A stretch of DNA of 64,000 bases, taken from positions 192,001 to 256,000 of the forward strand of contig JAVJQW010000061.1 in assembly GCA_040218735.1 (NCBI GenBank), in the 5' to 3' direction. Every line of letters begins with the position of its first letter. The first letter of the stretch is position 1. Made by a program: the position numbers and the translations under genes. This document shows positions 28,304 to 37,851 of this stretch, one piece after another. The stretch is from Deltaproteobacteria bacterium (GTDB lineage Bacteria; Myxococcota; Kuafuiibacteriia; Kuafuiibacteriales; Kuafuiibacteriaceae). The notes beneath the pieces were generated by a model, which ran no database searches, was not told the origin of the DNA, and worked only from the letters and a program-made list of their open reading frames with translations.

Positions 28304-31141
28304 TTACTGCAGCGTGATGTCCATCAGGTACGGGCCGAACGACTCCGTGTTCGCGTAGTGCTGAACGCGGATGTAGTACGTACCCGCAGCGAGGTTCGCT
28401 GCCATCGGGTACGCCGTCCCGTCGATCTGCGAGCAGAGCCCGTTGGTGTCGTCATCGTCCGCCAGCTCGGTCATCGCCGAGTCGAACAGGAAGATGCGCG
28501 TGTCACCGAGGGTGCACATCGTCGGGTCGTTCACGACCGTGTACGTGACCGCCGTGAGCGACGCCGTCATCCCCGTCGGGACGACGAAGCTGTAGAAGTC
28601 CTCGTCGGCGACCGGGTTGATCGAGCCGGAGACCGTCACGGTGTTGCCGATCGTCGCGCCCGACGGGGTCGCGGTGCCGGCGTCGCCGTTCGGCTCCATC
28701 TCGATCGTGATGTTGCCCTCGAACATGCAGCTCGCGTCGCAGCCGTCGCCCGCCGTCGTGTTGCCGTCGTCGCACTGCTCACCCGGCTCGACCGCGCCGT
28801 TGCCGCAGCCCGTGCCGACCGTCTGGATGTTGACCTGGTACGCTGCGATCTCGTCGTCGTTGAGGAACTCCTCGACGCGCACGAAGTACGTGCCCGCGGT
28901 GAGGAGGTCACCCGACGCGAGTCCGTCGTACAGCGAGCAGCTGTTGATGCCGCCCTCGTCGTTGCTGCCGACGGTGGTGCCAGTGCTGTCGAGGATGCGG
29001 ATGACGGTGTCGTCCGTCTCGCACACGCCGATCGTCGGCGCGCCGGTCTCCGCGATGATGTAGCCGTCCATCGGGAGCACGACCGCGAACAGATCCTGGT
29101 CGCCGGCGGGCGTCAGCGCGTCGGTGAAGGTCTGGTTCTGGTTCAGGCCGGTGACGGTGCCGTCGACCTCGTACATGCAGCTGGCGTCACAGCCGTCGCC
29201 GGGCGTCGTGTTGCCGTCGTCGCACTGCTCGCCGACGTCGACCGCGCCGTTGCCACAGCCGGGGCCGAACGTCTGGATCTGCACTTGGTACGCCGCGATC
29301 TCACCGTTGTTCCCGAACTCCTCGACGCGCACGTAGTACGTGCCGGCCATCAGCAGCTCGGAGTTGACGAGCGAGCACGCGCCCTCACCGCCATCGTCGT
29401 TGCGCGCGACCTGAGCGAACGTCGAGTCGAGGATCGTCAGGACGGTGTCGCCGGTGTCGCAGACGCCGATCGTCGGGATGCCGGTCTCGGCGCGGATGTA
29501 ACCCTCGGCGGGGAGCGTCACGGTGAAGAAGTCCTGCGTGCCCGCGGGCATGATCGACTCGCTGAAGGTCTGGTCCTGGTCGAGGCCGGTCACGGAGCCG
29601 ACCGGCTCGATCGTGCACGTCATGGAGCAACCGTCACCGCTCGTGGTGTTGCCGTCTTCGCACTGCTCGTTGAAGTCCGTCTCGAGGATGCCGTTGCCGC
29701 ACTCGGGGTTGCTGACCGTGATGTCGATGGTGAGCGGGCCCGTGTCGGCCTCGGTCTCGCCGGCGACGTAGATGTAGTAGGTGCCGGCGTCGAGCACCGC
29801 GGCGTACGCGTCGACGCGCGGATCGAAGTTCGCGCAGCCGCCGGGCGACTGGTCCTGACCGATGCCGGTGAGCGTCTCGTCACCGAGCGCGAGGATCGTC
29901 GGGTACGGGCAGGCGCCGTTGCCGTCGGAGGTCGTCGCGGTGATCGACTGGCCCATCTGGTCGAGGATGACCGGGATCAGGGTGCCGGCCGCCGGCACGT
30001 CGATCGTGAGCGACGCGCTCCCCGCCCCGGTGATCTCGGCGCCGCAGGTCGCGGAGCAGCCGTCGCCGCTGGTGGTGTTGCCGTCGTCGCACAGCTCGCC
30101 CGAGTTGCCTTCGATGATGCCGTTGCCACACGCCGGGCCTTCGCCGACCACGACCACGAGCCGGTACGTGCCCTCGGCGCCCTGGAAGCCGGTGACGCGG
30201 ACGAAGTAGGTGCCGGCCGGGAGCTCGGCCGCGGCCGCGTCGAACGCGGGGTCGATCGTGGAGCACGGCGGGCTGACGCCGTCGTCGTTGCCAGTGAGGA
30301 CGGTGGTGCCGTCGGGGGCGATGAGCTCGAGGATCGTGTCGGCGGTGCTCGAGGAGCACGTGCCCATGCCGTCGTCGGTCTGCGCGAAGACGTTGCCACC
30401 CTCGGTGACGGCGAACGAGAACCAGTCCTCGTCGGCCGGGCCGAGCGTGCCGTTCACGCCGCCGCCGACGTTGGCGTCGTTCGCGGACGCGGAGTCGTTG
30501 TTGGGCTCGGACTCGTTCGCGGCCTGCACGAGCGTGACGGTGACGCTGTCGTTCGCCATGCCGGCGTCGTTGCTGACCTCGAGGTCCCAGGTCGTGTCGG
30601 CGGCGCCCATCATGACGGGGAGCGATCCACCGTTGGCCATCGTCGCCGAGTTGAGGACCTCGGTGCCCGCGCGCGTGATGCGCACCTGCGTACCGTTCGT
30701 CGCGGCCCAGCGCAGCGTGACCGTCGTGCCTTCACCGGCCGCCGTGGGGCTCGCGGTGAACGACTGAATCGTCGGCGGGCCACCGGCCTCGACCGTGACG
30801 CTCGCGGTCTGCATGACCGTGCGTCCGCCGCCGGTGGCGACGAGCGTGAACGTCGTGTTGGCGCTGATCGCACCCGACGTCACGGAGCCGACGAGGTCGG
30901 CCGAGGTCGTGACCTCTCCGCCCGGCTCGGCGTTGATGGTGATGCTCTCGGCGCGCGACACATTCCACGCGAGCGTGGTGGTGCCGCCGGCCGAGACCGA
31001 TGTCGGCATCGCCGTGAACGAATTGATCGCCACGCCGGTGGGTTTGGTGTCGTCGCCGCCGTCGTCGTCGCCGCTACAGCCGATGAGGGCGATGGCGCCG
31101 ACGAGACCCAGAGTCGTTGTGATTCGGAAGTTAGGGAGCAT
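28304..31141 (-). CDS. Cell-surface lipoprotein with myxobacterial Cys-rich (DUF4215) repeats alternating with PPC/DVUA0089-like domains
   Basis: Lipobox LIGC, 4x CGNG..E.C(D/E)DGN...GDGC...C, ESEPNN, DT.L.I.D....NDD...CS, AGTY.VRV. Confidence 0.85.
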   Translation of the reverse strand: MLPNFRITTTLGLVGAIALIGCSGDDDGGDDTKPTGVAINSFTAMPTSVSAGGTTTLAWNVSRAESITINAEPGGEVTTSADLVGSVTSGAISANTTFTLVATGGGRTVMQTASVTVEAGGPPTIQSFTASPTAAGEGTTVTLRWAATNGTQVRITRAGTEVLNSATMANGGSLPVMMGAADTTWDLEVSNDAGMANDSVTVTLVQAANESEPNNDSASANDANVGGGVNGTLGPADEDWFSFAVTEGGNVFAQTDDGMGTCSSSTADTILELIAPDGTTVLTGNDDGVSPPCSTIDPAFDAAAAELPAGTYFVRVTGFQGAEGTYRLVVVVGEGPACGNGIIEGNSGELCDDGNTTSGDGCSATCGAEITGAGSASLTIDVPAAGTLIPVILDQMGQSITATTSDGNGACPYPTILALGDETLTGIGQDQSPGGCANFDPRVDAYAAVLDAGTYYIYVAGETEADTGPLTIDITVSNPECGNGILETDFNEQCEDGNTTSGDGCSMTCTIEPVGSVTGLDQDQTFSESIMPAGTQDFFTVTLPAEGYIRAETGIPTIGVCDTGDTVLTILDSTFAQVARNDDGGEGACSLVNSELLMAGTYYVRVEEFGNNGEIAAYQVQIQTFGPGCGNGAVDVGEQCDDGNTTPGDGCDASCMYEVDGTVTGLNQNQTFTDALTPAGDQDLFAVVLPMDGYIIAETGAPTIGVCETDDTVIRILDSTGTTVGSNDEGGINSCSLYDGLASGDLLTAGTYFVRVEEFLNDDEIAAYQVNIQTVGTGCGNGAVEPGEQCDDGNTTAGDGCDASCMFEGNITIEMEPNGDAGTATPSGATIGNTVTVSGSINPVADEDFYSFVVPTGMTASLTAVTYTVVNDPTMCTLGDTRIFLFDSAMTELADDDDTNGLCSQIDGTAYPMAANLAAGTYYIRVQHYANTESFGPYLMDITLQ

Positions 31142-31329
31142 CTCGGAGTCCTCCAGAGACCCGTTCTGGGTGGTCTGATGTATGCTGACTAAAGCTCAGC
31201 ACACACCCTGTCCTACGTAGTCACCGGCGCCATCGTCAACCGGTCGAACGGCGAAATGCGTTCGACGCTGCGCGGGCAAACGGTCGAGGCGCGGGGATCC
31301 GCGGGCTCGGATCCGTTGCGATCGAGCCG

Positions 31330-31677
31330 ATGGATCCGACCGTGATGAAACGAACCCTAGCGATCACTTTCCTGTTTGCGCTCGCCGGCTGCGGCGGCGG
31401 TGATGTCGACGGCTGCGACTTCCGGTCCGAGGAAGACCGCTGCCAAGAGCGCGTCCGCGAGGTCGCCGACCCCGCCGGCACCGTCTCGGCCGCGTTCCAG
31501 ATGACGTGTGAAGCGGCGGGCGGCGGCTTCCTCGCCGACGGCTGCCCAGCGGAGGGCCGCGTCGCCGGGTGTGAGCTCGGCTCGGGCGCCGAGACGGTGA
31601 CGGACTGGTACTACGCACCGAAGACCCGCGCCGACGTCGAGATGGCGTGCGGCGACGACACCGTGGTCGACCCGTAG
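31330..31677 (+). CDS. Small Cys-rich lipoprotein
   Basis: Lipobox LAGC plus six further Cys. Start may be at 31345. Confidence 0.65.
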   Translation: MDPTVMKRTLAITFLFALAGCGGGDVDGCDFRSEEDRCQERVREVADPAGTVSAAFQMTCEAAGGGFLADGCPAEGRVAGCELGSGAETVTDWYYAPKTRADVEMACGDDTVVDP

Positions 31678-31725
31678 CGACCACGGTCAGCGCCCGACTT
31701 CCGCCGACCCGAGCAGCGTGACACC

Positions 31726-34700
31726 GTGCCCGACGGCATGAAGCGCTACCTCCCCCTCCTCCTCGCCCTCGCCTGCCAACGCCCCGAAGCACCGACCACC
31801 GAAGCCCCCGCCACGGACTTCGCCGCGCTCGCGACCCGCGCAGGCGCCATCCCCGGCGTCGGAACGAACGACGTGCCGCGCTTCCTCTGGGGGACCTCCG
31901 CGATCGAGAAGCCCCCGACCGACGACGCCGCGACCGCCGCGCGCGCCTACGTCGAACGCTTCGCCCCGGCGCTGAACCTGCGCGACCTCCAGGCGATCGA
32001 AGTGCGCGCCGTGCACCGGCTCCCCCGTATCGGCACCATCGTGAAGCTCGGCCAGCGCTACGCGGGGGTCGAGGTCCACGCGCGCGAGCTGCGCCTCCTC
32101 CTCCGCGACGACCTCTCGCTCGTCGCGCTCACCGGCGCCGTCAGCCCGGTCGGCGCGAAGGCACCGCGCTTCGATCTTTCGCCCGAATCCGCGCTCGCGA
32201 TCGCGCTCGGTGACGCGACCGGTTCACTCGTCCCCGCCTCCGCGATGTCCGTGGCGCGCGCGGGCACCGACGACTTCGTGTACTTCGAAGCGCGCACCGA
32301 CGACGTCCACCTCCCCGAGCCCGCGCGCGTGAAGCCGGTGTGGTTCGCGGACGGTCGCACGCTCGCCCCGGCCTACTTCATCGAGGCGTACGCCGGCCGC
32401 CCCGACGGCGTGGAGCACGTCGCGTTCGCGCACGTGATCGACGCGCGCGACGGCAAGATCCTCGAGCGCGAAGATCTCACCAGCGCCGACTCGTTCGACT
32501 ACCGCGTCTTCGCGGATCCCGTGACAGCACGCCCGCTCGACGGCCCGCACACCGACTTCTCGCCGCACCCCACCGGCGTGCCCGACGGCTCGATGCCCAC
32601 GCCCATCACACCGAACCTCGTGACGATGGAGTCGTTCAACACCCCGCCCGGCGGTGCGACGGATCCGTGGCTCCCCGCCAGCGCGACGGAGGCGAACGGC
32701 AACAACGTCGACTGCTACGCCGACATCACCGCGCCGAGCGGCTTCAACGCGGGCGACCTTCGCGCGACGACGACCTCCCCCGGCGTCTTCGACCGCTCGT
32801 TCGACACCACGCAGGACCCCGTCGCCACCGAAGCGCAGAGCATGGCCGCGGCGACCAACGCCTTCTACATCACGAACTGGCTGCACGATTACTGGTACGA
32901 CTCCGGCTTCGACGAAGCCGCCGGCAACGCGCAGCTCGACAACTACGGACGCGGCGGCCTCGGCGGTGACGCGCTCCGCATCGAGGTGCAGGACTACAGC
33001 GGCCGCAACAACGCCAACATGTCGACCCCCGGCGACGGCATGTCCCCGCGCATGCAGGTCTATGTATGGAGCGGCAACCAGCAGCCGAGCCTCACGCTCG
33101 TCGGCGCACCGAGCCCGACCGCCGTCGGCACCGCGAGCTTCGGTCCGCAGAACTTCGACGTGACCGGCACCGTCGTCGCCGGCGACGATGGCGTCGGCAC
33201 CGGGACCGACGCGTGTGAGCCGCTCGTCAACAACGTCGCCGGGCAGATCGCCCTCGTCGACCGCGGCGGGTGCACGTTCATCCTCAAGGTGCAGAACGCG
33301 GAGAACGCCGGCGCCATCGGCGTCATCCTCGTGAACAACCGCGGCGGCGGCCCGCCCGGCATGGGCGGCAGCGGCAACACCAACACCCCCGTCCTCTCCG
33401 TCACCGACGTGGACGGCGCCGCGATCCGCACCGCGCTCACCGGCGGCATCGTGACCGCGACGCTCTTCCGCATGGTCGCCCCGGACCTCGACGGCGCGCT
33501 CGACGTCGGCCTCGTCTCCCACGAGTGGGGCCACTACATCCACCGCCGCCTCACCTCGTGCGGCAACACGCAGTGCTCGGCAATGAGCGAAGGCTGGGGC
33601 GACATCCTCGACTGGTTCACGAAGATCCGCGAGGGCGACGACCTCAACGGCGCCTACGGCCACACCGTCTACGCCGCGAGCGGGCGCGCCAACGGCGCGT
33701 ACTTCGGGACACGCCGCACCGCCTACTCGATCAACCCGGCGATCAACGCGCAGTCGTTCCGACACATCCAGGACGGCGAGCCCGATCCCGTCGGCCAGCC
33801 CTACGATCCCGGCAACCCCAACTCCGAGATCCACAACGCCGGAGAGATCTGGTCGTCGATGCTCTTCGAGGTCTACGCCGAGCTCCTCTCGCAGGTCGGC
33901 CCGGCGCCCGCGCCGAGCTTCGAAGACATCCGCCGCCGCTTCGCCGACTACGTCGTCGCCGGCCTCATGCTCACCCCGCGCGCCGCGACGTACATCGAAG
34001 GTCGCGACGCGATCCTCGCCGCCGCCGCCGCCTCGAGCACGCAGGACCTCGGCGCGATCGCCGCGGCGTTCGGCCGGCGCGGCGCGGGCACCTGCGCCGA
34101 GGGACCGCCCGTCGCCTCCACGGATCTGATCGGCGTGGTCGAGGACACCGGCGTCAGCGCGCGCATCCTCGTCGGCGGCATCACGATCGACGACGGCCTT
34201 TACTCCTGCGACGGCGACGGCGTCCTCGACGCCGAGGAGCGCGGGCGCGTCACCTTCACGGTTTCGAACGGCGGCCCCGTCGCGATGCAGGGCGCGACGG
34301 TGACCCTCACCTCGTCGACCGCCGGCGTCACCTTCCCGGACGGCGCCACCGTGGCGCTGCCCGCGATCGATCCCTACCAGACCGCCTCGGTGGAGATCGC
34401 GGTGAACGTGGACCCGACGCTCACGCAGACCGGCGCGATGCACCTCCTCACCACCGTCGCGGCGCCGGACACCTGCCTCCTCTCGCGCACCAGCACCACG
34501 ATCACGTTGGTGAACCTCGACAGCGCCGTCGGCTCGACCTCGGACGACGTCGAAGCGCCGACCAGCGCGTGGACGCCGACGGGTGACCAGGCCCCCGAGA
34601 TCTGGTCCCGCCTCGAAGCCACCGCCGGGTACGCGTGGCACGGCGAGGACTTCGGCGCCCCCTCCGACACCTCGCTCGAGTCGCCGCCGCTGGTGGTGTC

Positions 34701-36063
34701 GGCGACCGCGGCGTTCGTGGTGTCGTTCGATCACCGCTTCTCGTTCGAGCAGAGCAGCGAAGACTTCGACGGCGGCATGATCGAGATCAGCATCGACGGC
34801 GGCCGGAACTGGAGCGACGTCTCGACGTACGTCGCCCCCGGCTACAACGGTACGCTCGGCACCAACAGCAACAACCCGCTCGGCGGGCGCGCCTGTTTCG
34901 CCGGCACCAACGGCGCGTGGCCGAACCGCGAGCGGCTCGTGCTCGACTTCGGGACGCAGCTCGCCGGACGCACCGTGCAGCTCCGGTTCCGCATCGGCAC
35001 CGACGCCGCCGTGTCGGACTTCGGTTGGGAGCTCGACGACTTCACAGTCAGTGGCATCGACAACGCCCCCTTCACCGCGCTGCGCCCCGACGGCACGACG
35101 TGCCTCCCCGAGCTCGTCGCGGACGCGGGCGGCGACCAGGAGGTCGAAGCGTTCACCGCCGTCTTGCTCGACGGCAGCGGCAGCGCGAGCAACGCCGGGC
35201 GCTCGCTCACCTTCAGCTGGGCGCAGACCGGCGGCCCGACCGTCGCGCTGACGCGCGCGAACACGAACCTCGCTGCGTTCAGCGCGCCGAACCTCCGGCA
35301 GGACACGACGCTCACGTTCGAGCTCACCGTCGACGACGGCGTCCTCGCCGCGACCGACACCGTCGACGTGCGGGTCCTCGCCGGCAACTTCACCGCGCTC
35401 GTCGCCGACGCGGGCATGGACCGGACCGTCGCACCGGGCGAGGTGGTTCGCCTCGACGCCTCCGCGAGCCGCGGCGAGGGCGCGCTGAGTTACACGTGGA
35501 CGCAGCTCGACGGGCCCGAGATCACGCTGCTCGACGCGGACGGCGTCGTGGCCGTGTTCGTCGCGCCCGAGCTCGACGCCGAGGTGACCGCGCGCTTCCA
35601 GGTGCAGGTCGAGGACGACAACAGCTCGGCGATCGACGCCGTGCAGATCACGATCATGGCGGCCGGCGCGGTGGTCGCGGACGCGGGCGCGGACCAATCC
35701 GTGGAAGGCGGGCAGACGGTCACGCTCGACGGCTCCGGCAGCAGCGGCGCCACGGCGTTTTCGTGGGCGCAAGTCTCGGGCACCACCGCCGAGATCGGCT
35801 CCGGCGCCGGCGAGCGCCTGGTCTTCGTCGCCCCCGACGTCGACGAAGCGCTCGTCTTCCGCCTCACGGCGAGCGACGGCGCGCGCGAAGCGACGGACGA
35901 GGTCACGATCACCGTGACGAAGGCGCCGGCGGGTGAGCTCCCCGAGGTCGACGACTCCGGTTGTTCCTGCGCCGCGACGGAGCGCGGCCGCCGCGGGTGG
36001 AGCTGGATGTTCCTCCCGCTGTTGTTCGCGGGCTACTTCTTCCGCGGCCGCGGAACGCCGTAG
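31726..36063 (+). CDS. M36 (fungalysin) metallopeptidase with propeptide, PA domain, PKD/Ig repeats and MYXO-CTERM sorting signal
   Basis: GFDEAAGNAQ, NNANM.TP.DG.SPRMQ, PA motif RGGCTF..KV.NA, HEWGH, SEGWGD, EIHNAGEIW, ADAG.DQ repeats, SGCSC + TM + basic tail. Confidence 0.92.
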   Translation: MPDGMKRYLPLLLALACQRPEAPTTEAPATDFAALATRAGAIPGVGTNDVPRFLWGTSAIEKPPTDDAATAARAYVERFAPALNLRDLQAIEVRAVHRLPRIGTIVKLGQRYAGVEVHARELRLLLRDDLSLVALTGAVSPVGAKAPRFDLSPESALAIALGDATGSLVPASAMSVARAGTDDFVYFEARTDDVHLPEPARVKPVWFADGRTLAPAYFIEAYAGRPDGVEHVAFAHVIDARDGKILEREDLTSADSFDYRVFADPVTARPLDGPHTDFSPHPTGVPDGSMPTPITPNLVTMESFNTPPGGATDPWLPASATEANGNNVDCYADITAPSGFNAGDLRATTTSPGVFDRSFDTTQDPVATEAQSMAAATNAFYITNWLHDYWYDSGFDEAAGNAQLDNYGRGGLGGDALRIEVQDYSGRNNANMSTPGDGMSPRMQVYVWSGNQQPSLTLVGAPSPTAVGTASFGPQNFDVTGTVVAGDDGVGTGTDACEPLVNNVAGQIALVDRGGCTFILKVQNAENAGAIGVILVNNRGGGPPGMGGSGNTNTPVLSVTDVDGAAIRTALTGGIVTATLFRMVAPDLDGALDVGLVSHEWGHYIHRRLTSCGNTQCSAMSEGWGDILDWFTKIREGDDLNGAYGHTVYAASGRANGAYFGTRRTAYSINPAINAQSFRHIQDGEPDPVGQPYDPGNPNSEIHNAGEIWSSMLFEVYAELLSQVGPAPAPSFEDIRRRFADYVVAGLMLTPRAATYIEGRDAILAAAAASSTQDLGAIAAAFGRRGAGTCAEGPPVASTDLIGVVEDTGVSARILVGGITIDDGLYSCDGDGVLDAEERGRVTFTVSNGGPVAMQGATVTLTSSTAGVTFPDGATVALPAIDPYQTASVEIAVNVDPTLTQTGAMHLLTTVAAPDTCLLSRTSTTITLVNLDSAVGSTSDDVEAPTSAWTPTGDQAPEIWSRLEATAGYAWHGEDFGAPSDTSLESPPLVVSATAAFVVSFDHRFSFEQSSEDFDGGMIEISIDGGRNWSDVSTYVAPGYNGTLGTNSNNPLGGRACFAGTNGAWPNRERLVLDFGTQLAGRTVQLRFRIGTDAAVSDFGWELDDFTVSGIDNAPFTALRPDGTTCLPELVADAGGDQEVEAFTAVLLDGSGSASNAGRSLTFSWAQTGGPTVALTRANTNLAAFSAPNLRQDTTLTFELTVDDGVLAATDTVDVRVLAGNFTALVADAGMDRTVAPGEVVRLDASASRGEGALSYTWTQLDGPEITLLDADGVVAVFVAPELDAEVTARFQVQVEDDNSSAIDAVQITIMAAGAVVADAGADQSVEGGQTVTLDGSGSSGATAFSWAQVSGTTAEIGSGAGERLVFVAPDVDEALVFRLTASDGAREATDEVTITVTKAPAGELPEVDDSGCSCAATERGRRGWSWMFLPLLFAGYFFRGRGTP

Positions 36064-37751
36064 CGATCGAGGCGCCGCAGCAGCGTCTTCCGCGAGATCC
36101 CGAGCAGCTCGGCGGCGCGCGACTGGTTACCGCCGCACTTCTCGAGGGCGTCGAGGATGCGCTGCTTCTCCAGCGAATCGATCTCCTCCCCGAGCGAAGT
36201 CGGCGCCGGCGGCGAGAGCGAACCACCGCGCGGCGAAGCGAACACGATCGACGACGACAGCCGATCCATCGGCAGGTGCTCCCGCGTGATCACGCCGTCG
36301 ATCGCGAGGATGACCGCGCGCTCCACGACGTTCTTCAGCTCGCGTACGTTGCCCGGCCATGCGTAGGACATGAACGCCGCGATCGCGTCGTCACCGAAGC
36401 GCGGCACCACGCGGCCCTCGCGCTCCGCGGTGTTCTTCGCGAACGCGCTCGCGAACACCTGGATCTCGTCCGTCCGTTCGCGCAGCGGCGGGACTACGAG
36501 TGAGATTCCATTCAAACGATAGTAGAGATCCTCGCGGAACGCGCCGCGGCGGATCAGGTCTTCGAGGTCCTGGTTGGTGGCGGCGATGAGGCGGGTGTCG
36601 ATCTGCGTCGGCTTCACGCTGCCGAGGCGACGCACTTGCCGATCCTCGAGCACGCGCAGGAGCTTCACCTGCGTCGACGGCGACATCTCGCCGAGCTCGT
36701 CGAGGAACACGGTCCCGCCCTCGGCGGTCTCGAGCAGCCCCGGCTTCGCCTGCACGGCGCCGGTGAACGCGCCGCGCTCGTGGCCAAACAGCTCGCTCTC
36801 CAGCAGCTCCTCCGTGAAACCGCCGCAGTTGATCGCGACGAACGGCTTCGCGGCGCGCTTCGACTTCGCGTGGACGTGGTTCGCGAGGACCTCCTTGCCA
36901 ACGCCGGTCTCCCCGAGCACGAGCACGGAGAGATCACTCGGCGCGACGCGTTCGGCGAGCGCGTAAAGCTGCACCATCGCGCGGCTCTCGATGACGAGGC
37001 CGGAGGGTTCGTCGCTGGACTCTCCGAACAGTCGACGCCCCGCGAGGGACGACAGGGACTCGGCGTCCGATCCGTCCTGCGGGAACACGGCGATGCCGGC
37101 CTGCACGTTCGCACCGACGCGGTTGAGCCCGAACCGCAGCGCGGCGACGGCGTCCTCGGCGCCCTCCACGTCGGCGTCTCGAATCGCGATCTCGTACTCC
37201 CCGGGCGCATACCGGGCGGCGAGATCGCGGGGGCTGACGATCGAGGTGAGCGTCGCCTCGGCCATCGGCGCGGGGACCTCGGCGATGCGCGCGCGGATCA
37301 CCGCGAAGGGTTCGCCGTCGGCGCAGAGGTCCTGCATGCGGGTGAGGTAGTGCTCGTGCGCCCAGATGCGGTGCGCCACCTCCACGCTCATCCCTTCCTG
37401 CACGACGAGGGTGGTGTGACCACAGTCGATGACGTCGCCGATCTCGAACTCGTGGGAGGTGTTCGCGGCGATCGGCGTGCCGCGCAGGCGCGTCCCGTTG
37501 CTGCTCCCGAGGTCCGTCACGGTGAGCGGATCGAACGCCAGCGACACGTGAATGCGCGACAAGGCTGCATCTTCGACCTGGACGTCGGCGTCGACGGACC
37601 TCCCGACGGTCAGGCGGGGCTTGTCGACCGAGAAGGTTTGGGCGCCCGTGGGCGAGAGCACCAGCAGCCGCCGCCGCCCGGAGCGGGAACGGTCCTCGGG
37701 GACGGTGACGCCCTCGGTGAATCGCTCACGGTCATCGTTTCGGCGGGGCAT
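36033..37751 (-). CDS. Sigma-54 enhancer-binding protein: FHA + GGDEF-like + AAA+ + Fis HTH
   Basis: VGRS...SRIH...DLGSSNGT, GETGVGKE, ELFGHERGAFTGA, FLDELGE, FREDLYYRL, WPGNVREL, GNQSRAAELLGISR. Confidence 0.92.
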   Translation of the reverse strand: MPRRNDDRERFTEGVTVPEDRSRSGRRRLLVLSPTGAQTFSVDKPRLTVGRSVDADVQVEDAALSRIHVSLAFDPLTVTDLGSSNGTRLRGTPIAANTSHEFEIGDVIDCGHTTLVVQEGMSVEVAHRIWAHEHYLTRMQDLCADGEPFAVIRARIAEVPAPMAEATLTSIVSPRDLAARYAPGEYEIAIRDADVEGAEDAVAALRFGLNRVGANVQAGIAVFPQDGSDAESLSSLAGRRLFGESSDEPSGLVIESRAMVQLYALAERVAPSDLSVLVLGETGVGKEVLANHVHAKSKRAAKPFVAINCGGFTEELLESELFGHERGAFTGAVQAKPGLLETAEGGTVFLDELGEMSPSTQVKLLRVLEDRQVRRLGSVKPTQIDTRLIAATNQDLEDLIRRGAFREDLYYRLNGISLVVPPLRERTDEIQVFASAFAKNTAEREGRVVPRFGDDAIAAFMSYAWPGNVRELKNVVERAVILAIDGVITREHLPMDRLSSSIVFASPRGGSLSPPAPTSLGEEIDSLEKQRILDALEKCGGNQSRAAELLGISRKTLLRRLDRYGVPRPRKK

Positions 37752-37851
37752 CGGCGAGCGCGCGCGGAGGATAGCAGAAAGCGGCCCGCCGGGTTCGACG
37801 GGCGTCGAGGACGGGAAGTGGAGCCGGGATTTGGGTATGCTGGTCGCCCCG

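Noticed and set aside
27410-31192. 1260-aa plus-strand ORF, and similar long ORFs such as 23732-26728 (+), 32224-35772 (-) and 61581-63713 (+)
   Set aside because: These are antisense shadows of real genes in high-GC DNA. They are Arg/Gly/Val-rich with no recognisable motifs.
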